Source of the DNA: a virus
Taxonomy: Duplodnaviria > Caudoviricetes
Reading direction: 5' to 3' (one strand)
Length of the DNA: 64,000 bases
IMG/VR virus record: IMGVR_UViG_3300028048_000092
Span: 32,001 to 96,000 of that record
Below, one piece after another: positions 42,340-54,343 of the stretch (its first letter is position 1; every line of letters starts with the position of its first letter). The notes under the pieces were generated by a model. It was not told the DNA's origin. It ran no database searches and saw only the letters and a list, made by a program, of their open reading frames with translations. The translations under genes and the position numbers were made by a program.

Positions 42340-44211
42340 TTGGATAAAAGATATACAAATACACTGGCCAACCCCTTCAGCACCAGGTCTGCCAAGTTCT
42401 TCCCCAAGACCATCAAAGAGTGCTTTCAGTGGGCCTAGTATATGCACGACCGCTTTCCCGTGATCGGCAGAGCCATCAACAAAGTGGTCCGTTATTTTGC
42501 TGCTGATATTTCTGTAACTGCTTAGGGCTCACCATCTTAGGTAGATACATAGTTCCTTAAGAAGACCTAGGATCTGCTAAAAGACAACTACGGACTTCTC
42601 TAGTTCCTTATCAAAGCCGGTTAGGAACTCGCCTCCATGGGGAATGTTTTTATCTATGCAGTCCCTGTTATTCATCGCTCGCTGGCCTGTCCGAAGTGTA
42701 AAACTGTAATGTCCCTTAATAAAATGTTTCCCAAGACAGATTATACTTGGGATGGAGAATTCAAGGGGACCTGCAAATGCGGCTACAAAGGGAAGTATCA
42801 GGTAATTGACAAGCAGGTAGCAGATAAGAAGGGACGCAAGATCCACTTCAAATGCATCTCTCCCTATGACATGCTGCTGAAGTATAATGAACTTACAGGG
42901 AACTACACATATCTTTATAAGATGCCCGCCCACATGAAACAGGCCATTATAGAAGGCGATCCAGTATATCTTAACGATACTCCAATGGTGTTCCTCAAGG
43001 GAGCCTTCCAGGGCGATTATATCCAGTTCCCCACAGATAGATTCATGCATGCCCGTATAGATTCCCTCACTTCCATGGACCGTTACTACAAGGGCTGGGG
43101 AACTCCTATGTTCCTTAACACCTTTAACGATATTCTAAGATTGGCTTATCTGGATAAGTTCAATGAGGCCGTTGCTACCGACTTTATTGCTCCTGTAAGA
43201 ATGATAAGTCCTCCTCCGCAGAATCTTATGGCTGGTAATGATACTCTCAGGCAGAATCCCATCAGTGGCTATCAGGTAAAGCAGTTTATCTTTTAGGCAA
43301 TTAAAGGTGTGCGCTAGAATGCTTCCCAGTGGGTAGTCTCTCCCTTCCCGCTTAATTATCAGATGCTTGGTGGGGAGGCGAAACAGCTTGCTCCTGTAGA
43401 GCTGATGAAATGGTATGAAGAGCGTATCTATGAAATGATGTCCATTCCAATGGAACTCCGCCAGACTTCCTTCCAGGCAGTAGCTCCTTCGGCAGGACTT
43501 AGAATGTTCTAGCGGCAGTGGATACATTATACCAATATTCTATAGGACATGCTTCTTTGGATGTCTGACATTATCTGTTCTTCCCATCTCATTGAAAAAG
43601 TGAATGTAGTACTCGATAAGACCTCCTTCGTCGAAGACGATATGCACAAACAGACAGTACTTCAAATGGCAGGCAGCGGCATGATCTCCAATGATACTGT
43701 TCTGAAGACCATTGGGCTGGATCAGAAGGAAGAACAGAAGAAGATCCTCCAGGAACAGCAGGACATGGCGGAAGAGTCCATGAAGACCCAGAATGCACAG
43801 CAGGAAATGGAAATGACAGGCTCCGTGCTGCCTCCTCCGGGAAGTGTCGGTGTGGGAGCTGCTCAGTACAATATGGAAATGGTACAGCAGCAGAACATGC
43901 CTCAAGATCCTGCAGCAGCCGGTCAGCCTGCACCTCCAGGAGCACCTGCTGGAGCTGGAATGCCTCCGATGCCTTCCGGCTTGTAGAATAGCAGAAGCGC
44001 TGGTGTGGAGCAGCTCTTCCAGCAGGCGCAGCAGACAGCTTAGGAGATCTTCAATGTGGGCATTACTCAGGGGCCTGGTGCAAGACGCTCCATGCTGGTG
44101 AAGCTGAAAGCCCAGAACCCGGATCTCCATGCTCAGGTTACAGCTATCCTGAAGCAGCGTGATCAGGATACCGCTTCTCAGGCAGTAGCACAGTCCAAGA
44201 TGCCACAGTGA
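42340..44211 (+). CDS. putative portal protein (TAG=Glu)
   Basis: TTG start after GGAGG; P.TIKECFQWAEY, AINKVVRYF, MGNVF, GWGTPM, LNYQMLGGEAKQL; Q/P-rich tail; function inferred. Confidence 0.6.
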
Positions 44212-44222
44212 GGTGAAATACA

Positions 44223-46445
44223 ATGAAGAAGTATGCGGATATCGATTTGCTTCTCAGTTCTGATCCTGGCGACCCTTTTGGAAGGCATAAATAGAAGTTT
44301 AATTATCAATAGGCAGGTTCTCCTGAATAGAGGAAAAAGTTCCTGAAGATTATCGGACTGCCTGAAAAAGATATTAACTACAAGTCTCTGACAGGGAAGT
44401 CCTTTGCTGATAGAAATAAATAGCGCTAGGAGTACCTTATGGGAACTCCCGCGCAGAGAAACGCCAACTATAAGAACTTTGTAGAGACAGTTGTTTCCAG
44501 ATATCCATAGCTACAGAAAGCCTACGGTAAAGCAGGTCCTCGCTATCTTCAGCAGTTATATTCCGATATGATGACTTCTGTGGGCAGCTTAAAAGTGCAA
44601 GACCCTGATTTACCCAATACAGGAATTAAACCTACTGAGGGTATCTAGTAGGGCGGGAATTGGTGGAAAAATATAATCAAAGCCTGGTTCAATCAGCCAG
44701 ATCCTAACATGACCTTAGCTCGAGTAGGAGATACAAAGGGTACTATAAAGAAGGTTCAGGATAAGCAGTTAGAGGAACAGAGGAAACATCTCAGTAAAGC
44801 CTACTAGCATGCTTAGAAAATAAAAACACTAGACCCGCAGCAGCAAATAGCCGCTTACTCAACAATGGCGCTTCCTGTAGCAGGAGCAGCAGCAACGCCT
44901 GTTGCGCTTTCTTCTAAGTTCGCGCTTCCTGTAACTAAGTTTTTGCTTAGCAATGCTGCTTATATGGCTGGTTAGAAGGCACTTAGTCTGGGAGCTGATT
45001 AGGTTTTTATGCCCACCTTTAATAATTGGACTACAGATATAAACAGTTTTGCAGACGCTATCTTATCTAAAAATTCAGATAAGATACCTTAGAGATTTAG
45101 AGCCGATTTGGCTTCTTAGCTGGGTATTTCTGAAGATAAGCTTGACTTATCTAACCCTGATCAATATAAAGCGGCTAAGCAGCTCTTTACTTCTTCCTAG
45201 CAATCGCGTATGAAGAGTTTAGATTGGTATAGAAAAGGTAAAGAACACGCAGCTCTTATAGCTTCTACTGCAACAGGTAATGTAAGTAATCTTGCCAGAA
45301 ACGGTGGAAAAGCTTTTGGCAAGCAGGTAGTAAAAGATACTTTTCTTCCTTAGTTACTTATAACCGGAAGCCAGCTGCTGGATCCTAAAAGAACAGGTAT
45401 TACTACAGGAACAGCAGCCTTGTTGATGCAGGCGGCAGAATAGCGAGGAGAAGACCCTGAAGCAGCTCTGGCCCGTTATGGGTTTACAGAAGATGAGCAG
45501 AAAACAGCTTGGGACAGGTTTAAACAAGCACAGGCAGAAGGAAAAGGATTCCTGGACTCAGTTAAGTAGAGTGTTTCTCCAGAGGCCCCTCGATCTACAG
45601 AAGAAAAGGTTGTACAGTTTAACGCGGGTATAACTCCGAATGATTATTAGAGAATAAAAAGCGGAGAGGTTCTTACAAACTCTCCTGTTATCAAAGCTGC
45701 AACACAACCATATGTTCCACAAGTAATAGACTTTTTACAGGGTAAAAGCTAGTTACCAGATCTAACCGCACTGTCAAAAGGTATCGGTAATAATCCTTTG
45801 GGTTAGACAGGAGCTATAGCAGCTGTTAATAATCTTATGCAGAATAAATAGGTAGTCGCTGCACTTGCCCAAGCTAAGCCGGAAACCTTGAGTAAATTTC
45901 TAACAAAGCTTCAGGAAGTTAGTAAAGGAGGGGGACTGAGAAAATTCCCGACCCTGCAAAAAGTAATGACTTAGCATGGAATCTCTTTAGCAACTTACCA
46001 TGTAGATGCTTTATAGAACCTTGTTAAAGGTTAGGAAGATAATGATAAAGTGTATAATACACTGAAATCTTATATTCCTTTAGTTAAGATACTCGAAGGG
46101 TTTGGAAGCGCTAAAGATCCTAGAGTTAAATAGCTGGAGAAACGTGTAAGATCTCTTATAGGAACGAGAATGACTAAGAATCCCTTATTCGTAAATAAAG
46201 CTATGGGACTCTGGGCATAGTTTAATGGACATCCTGATCTGGCTTCTTTCTTATCCAGTAACGGCGCCTTCTACGGAACGCTTGCCACCGTTGGAATAGG
46301 GCTGCCTCTTACCATCTCCCTTATGAGCTCCCTTTTCGGGGGATCTAAACAGCAGCAACCTGTACAGCAAGCTCCTATGCAGGGATATCAGCCTATGGCA
46401 TATGCTCCCAGGGGCATTACCGAGCGGGGCTTAGTAGTGGGGTAA
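44223..46445 (+). CDS. 740-aa putative virion-internal/ejection protein (TAG=Glu)
   Basis: Absent from the ORF track; one frame free of TAA/TGA with many TAG; MKKYA start; hydrophobic C-terminal helix. Confidence 0.75.
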
Positions 46446-46447
46446 AT

Positions 46448-47251
46448 ATGAGAACTGAAAATATCCTTTCAAAGATTTATAGAAAATATCAGGAGAACAT
46501 TAAGAGTCCTCTTGCACAGAGCCTTCTTCTGGGAGGCCTTACTGTCCCGGCTGTATATCTTACCAATAAGTTCCTCTACAATAGAATGAGAAGGCTTGCG
46601 CAGGATCCTAGGGCAGCTATGCTCGCAGGGCTTACTCCTCAACAAGCCCAGGAATCTCTCTACTAGATGTAGAACAGCACTTTCAATAAGCACGTTGCTC
46701 CTTGGCTTGCAGGAGCTTTAGTTGCCACTATCAGTGCAGCTCCGCATGTGGACTTCAAGTCTCCTTATTGGGGACTTACAGAGTGGTATCCAAGATCCAG
46801 CAAGCTTCCTGAAAAAGAGACTACAGAACAGGTGAAACAGGCAACTCTTAAGAAGTATGCTTCTCTCTGGGGAGATCAGGGTTATCAGCCTACTTTCGAC
46901 TTCAACTCTCCTGTGACTCAGAGAACCGCTGCTGACCTTTTCGCAAATAATCCGTATATTAGAGACGCTGAGTATGAACGTAATCTTGGAACTTCCATTA
47001 TTATGGGAGCTCCTGCATACGGAGGAGAAACTACGCTTGGTGGTATTTATGACAGTGCTGTAAATAAGTTTGACAAGAAGCTCAGCTTCTCAGGTCTTGC
47101 AGGAAGCGCTGTAAAAGGCGCCATTGCAGGAGGACTTGCAGGGATGTTTACAGATACACTGGGAGCTGTGATCGGAATGCCCGATCCGCTGAGAAGAAGT
47201 GTTGCGAACACAGTAGGTTTTGCAAAAGCTATGACTACAATTTTAGCATAA
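46448..47251 (+). CDS. putative virion protein (TAG=Glu)
   Basis: Joins ORF-track 46448 and 46748; internal VKQA/KKYA. Confidence 0.75.
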
Positions 47252-47260
47252 GGATATAAG

Positions 47261-47563
47261 ATGGATAAAAAGACAATGAAAAAGGTTGCGATGCTGCAGA
47301 AACTTGCATGGGCTCCAGGAGGAGATTTGGTTCTTGCAGCAGCATCCGCTGTAGTAGCTGCTTCTTTCCTTGGAGGACTTGGAGTAGGTGCCGCTGCAAG
47401 CAAACTTACAGAGCCCGGTGAATATGATATGAAGAATCTGGAAAAAGAACAGGAACTTGCCAGACTCCATAGAGACAACCAGACCCAGGAGATCCTTGCT
47501 GCACGTGAAGAAGCTGAAAGACGCATGCGTGGACAGCAGCCTAAATCCATGAGGATCGGATAA
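47261..47563 (+). CDS. small virion protein with hydrophobic helix
   Basis: MKKVA..QKLA N-terminus. Confidence 0.75.
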   Translation: MDKKTMKKVAMLQKLAWAPGGDLVLAAASAVVAASFLGGLGVGAAASKLTEPGEYDMKNLEKEQELARLHRDNQTQEILAAREEAERRMRGQQPKSMRIG

Positions 47564-48003
47564 TGAATCCCGTTGGTCCGGATCAGGAATTCAGCTTTAC
47601 ACTTCCCAGGTAGAACTAGGAAGAAGTACAGAAGCCTACTGTAGATATGTCTCAGTAGATGTGGGACTACAAGAACAGAGGTATTTACCAAGGTATTCCT
47701 GTAGAGGATGAAGCCAAGGACCTTCTCGTAAACAGCGTTGATTAGCTGCAATAGGTTCTTTAGCCGAAGACCTCTGCTGTTGTCTGGACCGGATATATCT
47801 CTCCTTAGGAGGCAGACTAGAAGTATGTTAAATAGTATCAGGAGATTAAATAGAAGTAGGTCTAGGGAAGGATCTCCATATTGCATGAGAATACTCAGTT
47901 CTGCCCGTCCTTGAATAAGTTTTTGATTCTAATTACATATATGAACGTATAGCTGGGACTGAATCCCAGATACAAGCACTTGAAAGAAGGTTCCAATGGC
48001 TGA
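47563..48003 (+). CDS. acidic hypothetical protein, very TAG-dense (TAG=Glu)
   Basis: 146 aa with more than 10 TAG; exactly fills the gap between neighbours. Confidence 0.7.
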
Positions 48004-49045
48004 AGGAAAAGGATATCTACTGCCGGATAAAACCGTTACAGATAAATTTAGTATTCAGGGATTGCTGAATACCATAAACCCTGCTTCAGGGCTTTACAGC
48101 TCCACTCCCGACTATGTTCCCGGGTGGCTTATCAAGTCCTTTAGCTCAGGTGGAAAAGCAGATAGCGAATATGAGCGCAATGCAGGTCCTGCCAAAGTGG
48201 CGCATATTCTTGCCAAAGTAATTGCAGGCGGAGCTGTCTTCGGAGGAGCCGCCTGGCTGCTTCGTTCTTTTATGCACTCTCTCGATATTGATAACGTAGA
48301 GAACATCAAGGCCAGTGCCAGAGCTTCCCGCAAACTGGAAACTACAAAAGCCCGTCCCACAGATCCTGCTATTGCTTATAAAGCGCCTACCAAACCGAAA
48401 GAACAGAAACCAGCAGAAGAACCTCTTGAAAAGAAATAGAGCTACGAGTTTGCTTTAGGAGCCATTCCTCCTCTTACAGCTATTGCGGCTATTCTTGCTT
48501 CTTTCAAGCTTGCAGACAAGACCTATGATCTGGCCCTTGGAAATAGACTGGATAAAGAACTCTCTGCAGCCAAGTCTCAGAGCCAGGACCTCGCTCTGAA
48601 TCGTGTTCTCAGAAACAGAGGCATTGAACAGGCTTCCCAGGAAGATCTTGTGACAGATGCTTACGCCAATGAAATGAAAGCTAAAGCAAAAGCTCGTCCC
48701 AAGAAGAAACAGGAACAGGTTAAAGTAGCCAGCATAAACAAGAGCTAGAAAGTTATTCCTCAAGGCCTTGAATCAGCCCTCGGACTTGCTCTTGCAGCTA
48801 TGTTTGTAACAGGAAGTGTTGTAGGTTTCAATTGGCACAGAGGCAACAGTGCTGCTATGGCTAAATATAAAGCGCAGAAAAGAGGACTTGAAACATACAA
48901 TAAGGAAAGAGCTCTCAGCGAGAACATTGAAAGCACTCCTCTTGATCCGGAGTTTCTGGAATATCTGGATACCAATCTGCCGCAAGCCAAGAAGAATGCC
49001 CCTGCCCAGCCTGCTGAGACTTCTCTCCATGAACTTATGATTTGA
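47996..49045 (+). CDS. putative virion membrane-associated protein (TAG=Glu)
   Basis: Three hydrophobic segments; joins ORF-track 47996 and 48800. Confidence 0.75.
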
Positions 49046-49052
49046 GGTTCAC

Positions 49053-49796
49053 ATGCCGGAGGCACAGACACAAGGTATCTTTAACAATGTACAGCGCCAG
49101 ATGCAGGCATTTATTGCTGACATCCTGGACCAGGAAGAGCCTACTATTTACAGCGCTACTGATTACAAGACTATGCGCAAGTTGATCTTTGATAGGGTTA
49201 AGCAGTCCGTAGTAAAGCGCTTCCCGCTGTACAACAATAAATATGTACTGACAGTAGAGGATGTCGACTACGCAGATCCTGATACATATTCCTATAAAGA
49301 AGAGAAAGAAGCTATCCTTAATGGGAAATCTGTAGGAAGGAGACTTCGCGGGAAGTATGTATTGAAAGATGCCGCTACAGATAAAGTTATCTCAGAGACT
49401 CCTGTACAGACCCTGTTGTCCGTGCCCTATATGACCGACAGAGGTACCTTTATTAATTCCGGCCACGAGTACACATTCAATAATATAATGAGACTCGAGC
49501 CGGGTGCTTATTCGAAGAAGAACAACGACGACGAGATCACCACACAGTTTAATGTGAAGAAGGGCACCGGAGCAGGTTTCAATATGCGGTTTACTCCCAG
49601 CAAGGGACTTTTTTACATTAACAGAGGCACTGCGAATGCCCCTGCTTATACTGTAATGAAGGATCTTGGAGTCACGGACGAGCAGATGAAAGATTCCTGG
49701 GGAGAGGAACTGTTTAAAAAGAATAAGGAGTTCGGGACCACGGAGAAGGCCCGTATAGCTGCAAATAAAATTTACAATTATGGAGGTATGCAGTGA
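49053..49796 (+). CDS. rpoB: RNA polymerase beta subunit, N-terminal fragment
   Basis: Y.EE..AIL.G.S..RRLRG, VPYMTDRGTFINSGHEY...MRLEPGAY corresponds to RpoB IPLMTDNGTFVINGTERV..QLHRSPGV. Confidence 0.8.
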   Translation: MPEAQTQGIFNNVQRQMQAFIADILDQEEPTIYSATDYKTMRKLIFDRVKQSVVKRFPLYNNKYVLTVEDVDYADPDTYSYKEEKEAILNGKSVGRRLRGKYVLKDAATDKVISETPVQTLLSVPYMTDRGTFINSGHEYTFNNIMRLEPGAYSKKNNDDEITTQFNVKKGTGAGFNMRFTPSKGLFYINRGTANAPAYTVMKDLGVTDEQMKDSWGEELFKKNKEFGTTEKARIAANKIYNYGGMQ

Positions 49797-49978
49797 GTGT
49801 GTATGAAGGAAATGGCCTGACGATCTCTTCGGGAGACATCTATGGATCTTTTGAAGGGAAATACAAGTATGTTGGACATGTAGAAGGCGTTGATATATCT
49901 TATACAGTGGATTTTATTCCCTCTGAAGAAGATAAAGAACGGATTGAAAGAGCTGTTAAAGAGTACAATAAAGAGTAA
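49793..49978 (+). CDS. small hypothetical protein
   Basis: GTGA overlap, GGAGG RBS. Confidence 0.55.
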   Translation: MSVYEGNGLTISSGDIYGSFEGKYKYVGHVEGVDISYTVDFIPSEEDKERIERAVKEYNKE

Positions 49979-50012
49979 CTCTTGCAGTAAACAACTAATA
50001 GGAGAATTAAGT

Positions 50013-50537
50013 ATGGCTAAACTCAAACTAGCAGCACCGTGGACTATTTATTATCGGCAGATCCAGGCACTATTCAAAGAAGATCCTGAAGTGGGAGTTA
50101 TCTTCGACGAAGATGCTGTGGCCCTTAAGATCTATGTCAACAATCAGACTAAGGCAGAAGCAATTGCTCACTTGCTGCCGCCAGTAGTTACTTTTGGTAA
50201 TGTTAATCTGAAAATTATTGTCATTCCATCCAATACTGATGCAAAAGCAGTGGAGTTCAAGAATGATATTGATATTATCCGAGCTGCACTTGAAGGTAAT
50301 GGAGCAGTAGTGAAGTTCTATCCGATTGAGTACATTTTCTCGAACAGTATGCTCTATGTTGCTTTCAAGAAGGAAGTTGTCCAGTTCTTCAATGATGATC
50401 TTTCGGATATTCGTGGTATGTGTTCTACACTCTATGCAGATATTGCCAAGGAACTCTTTGGTACGCTTAAGGGAGTATTCTTCTGTACAGATTCTGAGAA
50501 TGCTGCTTTCGGGATGCCTCTGGGTGAATGGCCCTGA
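50013..50537 (+). CDS. hypothetical phage protein
   Basis: LAAPW..YY..I.ALF..DP; VVQFFNDDLSD; no TAG. Confidence 0.75.
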   Translation: MAKLKLAAPWTIYYRQIQALFKEDPEVGVIFDEDAVALKIYVNNQTKAEAIAHLLPPVVTFGNVNLKIIVIPSNTDAKAVEFKNDIDIIRAALEGNGAVVKFYPIEYIFSNSMLYVAFKKEVVQFFNDDLSDIRGMCSTLYADIAKELFGTLKGVFFCTDSENAAFGMPLGEWP

Positions 50538-50663
50538 TATAATTAAATAGTAACTCTTCTTCTCCCCGTTGCTTGACCGGTTCACACTCCGGCTGCACGG
50601 GGCCTTTTTATAGTTACTTTACCTTTCCATCAATAGTAGAACACTAACAATAGGAGTGTATAT

Positions 50664-51065
50664 ATGAAGTATCAAGAAGTTTATAGGATGGTAAAGGAAG
50701 CTTCTATGAAGAAGGAAGCTGCTCCGATGCCAGGTAAGTGGCTACGGGGAGTAATGGGTAATAATCCGGGCAGTGTTATTGGTGCCGCCCCCTTTATGAC
50801 AGCTGCTTTGGGTCAGTTTCCTGGGGCAAAAAACAGTGAGCCTGTTACTATTAATGATCCTGCTTATCTGAAACTGCTTTCTTAGCAGAATAAAAGGATA
50901 AGCGAAGGAGAAGCTAATAGAGCCTTTGTAAAAGATCTTTTCACTAACGGAGCTGCAGGAGTAAGAACAGGAGGGAAGATTGGACCTCTTATCTCCACAG
51001 GAAGAAGTCTGCTAAGCCCCTTTGTCGGACGGCAAGGAGCTCTTAAAGGACTTGGTACAAAGTAA
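50664..51065 (+). CDS. putative head-internal protein (TAG=Glu)
   Basis: MKYQEVYRMVKEASMKKEAA. Confidence 0.75.
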
Positions 51066-51113
51066 GTTCTCCTCAGGCTCTACATGACGCATACATCTCC
51101 TAAAAGGACTTGT

Positions 51114-51458
51114 ATGCGTTTTCTTTATATTCTCTTTGTAGTTTGCTCACTTGCAGTAGTACTTTCCTGCTTCACTCCTGCAGAAGTGCCTGTATATGAC
51201 TTCCCTCCTGTAGTGGATGTCACAACACCTCCTTCTGCATTGGACAAAGCAGCAGATACTGCTGTGAAGTATTAGCAGCTTGTTACACTGATAGTATATT
51301 TTCTGTCTCTTGTATTTATTATCCTGCAGACTTATAGAACCGGTAAGAGTGATGCAACTGCTGAGCATATAGCAGATGTAGCTGCATATAAGACTAAAGG
51401 ACGCTTCAGGATACTGACAAGGTTCTTGAATATGCTTATAAGGGGGAAAAGAAAATGA
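51114..51458 (+). CDS. membrane protein, 2 TM plus basic tail (holin/spanin-like candidate, TAG=Glu)
   Basis: Hydrophobic N-terminus, second TM after the TAG, basic C-terminus. Confidence 0.55.
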
Positions 51459-51685
51459 AGCTGCTTATTTCAGTAATTGCCTGCTTATTACTTGCTGGCT
51501 GTGCTTCTTCTGTAAGGAATGTAAAGAAGGTTTAGTATTATGAACCTACAAAGGCTAATGAGAAGTTCTGTAAACAACCCTCTTAGGGAGATACAGGACA
51601 TGGTCCTATAAAGTCCATTGAATATGAAGTCCGTTAGATGAAGAATTATAATTTGAATATTTACAATAAGGCTATTGGATTATGA
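51455..51685 (+). CDS. small lipoprotein (TAG=Glu)
   Basis: MKLLISVIACLLLAGC lipobox. Confidence 0.7.
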
Positions 51686-52323
51686 CCTATACAGAAACAT
51701 TGGAGATGATAAGGAGGGCTAATCAATGGCCTCCTCAGTAGACACAGGCATATACAGATATCAGTAACGGTATGAATATGATGTCAAATGGCGGGGGACA
51801 AGCAGCTGCTTCGGCAGGATCTAATGGAGGACTGCTGGGAGGCTTTGGTGGATTGCTGGGAGGATTGGCTCTGGGAGGTATTTTGCCGTCTTTGTTGGGA
51901 GGAATGAAAGGTATTGATGGCAAGCAGATAGGAAATGATGTTTATCAGGGAGTCAAGCAAGGTATTGCTAATGATATAAAGAGCGCGGGACAGACGGTTT
52001 GGAATGGAGTGAAGGCTGCATATAATAATTGGGATAATATAAAAGGTACTGCACAAGAGGGAGTGAAGTGGATCGGAGATAAAGCAGTAGACACTGTCTC
52101 CAGCGGAGTTCAAAGTGATCTTGCTAAGCCTATAAAGACTTCCTATGATTATGCTCCAAATAATAAAAATCCACAGCCGCTTGCTGAAGCTTATCAAAAG
52201 AATCCTAATAGTGATGCCTTAAGGATCGGAAGAAGAAGGTAGCTACAAGATCAAATGGCTGCCGAAAAGAAGAGAGGCTAGTTCTGGGGATCTATAGGTT
52301 CTTTTGGTAAGGGTTGGTTCTAA
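51682..52323 (+). CDS. Gly-rich putative head-internal protein (TAG=Glu)
   Basis: MTYTETLEMIRRA; GGLLGG repeats. Confidence 0.75.
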
Positions 52324-52373
52324 TAAAAGAAGGGACCAGTCGCATTTAGCGACCAGTCCCCGATAGGATGGGA

Positions 52374-52697
52374 TCAAAGACCCAGCACAATTCCCTGCGG
52401 AATCTGACTTTCTGTCTTTACAACAACATCTATGCTGGTCCCTGCGGGTAGTTCAGCCACTGTAACGGGCTGGAGATCCGAGGCCTTCATTAGAGGCACC
52501 AGCCCTCCTCCATTACAGATGAGTGAAGCCGCACTGGAGTCAGAGGAGCCCTAGGATACAATATCACAGGTAACTTGCTCTTTATTGAGCAGATTGCACA
52601 TTGTGGTATAGATCCTGTAGTACTGAGCTCCCTAAGCTTTTGTAGTTGCATAGACCTGCCATCTTCCACAGTTCTTTACAAACGGGCAGCAAGCCAT
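52374..52697 (-). CDS. hypothetical protein (TAG=Glu)
   Basis: GAGG RBS, MACCPF..., 107 aa, TGA stop. Confidence 0.65.
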
Positions 52698-52744
52698 AGT
52701 GCACCTCACATTGTTACAGAGAGGGCCGAAGCCCTCTCAAAGGT

Positions 52745-53335
52745 TCACTGATTACTGCACCCGCATCCACCGCTGCAGGGAGAACAATTTGAATATGCCC
52801 TCACGCCGCAGTTAGTCACAATGGAGTTCAGTCTCTGGCTGATGCTGTCGAGAGCTGCATTGGTAGCAGCCGCGTTCATGCCCACAACGTTCTGAGTTCT
52901 CAGAGCAGCGATCTCAGCAGCCTGATCAGCAATCTTCTGATCTTTCAGTGCATTGAATTGCGCTTCGAGAGCAGCTGTCTGATTGGCAACCTGGTTCTGC
53001 AGAGTCATGAAGGCCGTGTTGATCTCATTGTGGTTGGCGTTCGCCCGCTCCTTGATATAATCAAGGCTTGCAGCGGTTTGTCCTGATTCAACGCCTTCCT
53101 GATAACAGGTCTTGCAGTTCTGAGTTGCGCCGATGGCGGTCATGGCACTGGTGGTAGCATCGGTAGAGGCCTGGTTTACAGCCATACCCGCCATAAAAGG
53201 AGAGTAAGGATACCCATAACCGAAGTTAGCACCCGGAGAGGTCGAACGACCTGCCCAGTAACCGAGGGCACCACCGAGAATCGCGGAGAGCCCGACACCC
53301 CATCCCATAGGATTGGTAGCAGAATTTTCTGTCAT
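52745..53335 (-). CDS. coiled-coil protein with Cys-rich tail
   Basis: N-terminal TM, AEIAALRTQ, CSGGCGC; no TAG. Confidence 0.8.
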   Translation of the reverse strand: MTENSATNPMGWGVGLSAILGGALGYWAGRSTSPGANFGYGYPYSPFMAGMAVNQASTDATTSAMTAIGATQNCKTCYQEGVESGQTAASLDYIKERANANHNEINTAFMTLQNQVANQTAALEAQFNALKDQKIADQAAEIAALRTQNVVGMNAAATNAALDSISQRLNSIVTNCGVRAYSNCSPCSGGCGCSNQ

Positions 53336-53874
53336 TTTATTTCATCTCCGGCGTTATTGTTATGCATCACAGGGGGCACGCCTGAATTGACCCTTCCCGT
53401 GCGCCATGGAGGCTCTTTAGACTTCTGTACCATCTTCACAGCCGGGATCCCTTTTGGCATTGTGGTTTTGGTATCCTAAGGCTTAAAGAGTCCTATTAAT
53501 CTGCCCTTCTCCATGAACTAGGGCATAATCTTTGAGTGAAGCTATTTTATCTCATCCACAGAACATTCCCATCCTCTGCGCTATGCAAAGGAATTGGCAA
53601 CATCTATTATAGGATATCCTGCACAATCTGCGGCGGCTATCTAGGCCTACCAGTCTTGAAAGCCCATTCTTAAACCGCTCTGATATACGTGCATGAACCT
53701 TTGCTGCTTCAAAGCTTCCTTATCTACAAGCCCTGGACCGCTCTTTATGCCGTCCATGAACTGGGAGATACACTTGCTTACATGTTCCACAGGCTGACCG
53801 AAAACAGCTTCCAATTTAGTTTTGAACTAAGGAGAGCTGGAGAGCATGGGAACCAGGAGACCCATGATGTCCAT
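53332..53874 (-). CDS. hypothetical protein (TAG=Glu)
   Basis: 180 aa; stop overlaps the ATG of the 53335 gene. Confidence 0.65.
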
Positions 53875-53875
53875 A

Positions 53876-54217
53876 TTATTTCTCCTAATAGTCCTTCATT
53901 AGATGGTGTGCGAAGCGGGCAGCTTCAAATTCCATTGCTTCATACATGGCGTCAGCTATATCTGCTGCGGAGCCGTGTTTGACTACCTTTGCCAGGGCGG
54001 TTTTTACATCGTCCTAGGTCTAAGGCATGCTTTCGCATTCAGCGATGCGCTTCAGATTTGTGGCTGCCTTATGCTTGTACTAAGCACATTCCTACAGCAT
54101 GCTTGAGACAGCTTTTGCCATAGATTCAAAAGCTTCCGGATGCATGTTTCTGAAAACTTTTTCAAGTTCCATCTGGGACACTTCGTGCATTGCCCCGTCC
54201 ATTCCTTTAATCTGCAT
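53876..54217 (-). CDS. hypothetical protein (TAG=Glu)
   Basis: GAGGTGA RBS, 113 aa, TAA stop abutting the next start. Confidence 0.65.
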
Positions 54218-54343
54218 ATATCACCTCATTAGTTTGGGCTGGATGCCCTTGTTCATATGCAGCTTAGTAAGTAGTCACAGTATTGTCCAGTTTTTACGGG
54301 AAGTGACTACTTAGACGGAATGCACTAGATAAAAGGAAAATAT

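Noticed and set aside
47047-47886. 279-aa minus-strand ORF
   Set aside because: Shadow of + strand virion genes; no motifs
50564-50609. CCGG-TTCACACT-CCGG T-arm-like hairpin as a tRNA
   Set aside because: No D or anticodon arm; followed by a T tract, so more likely a terminator
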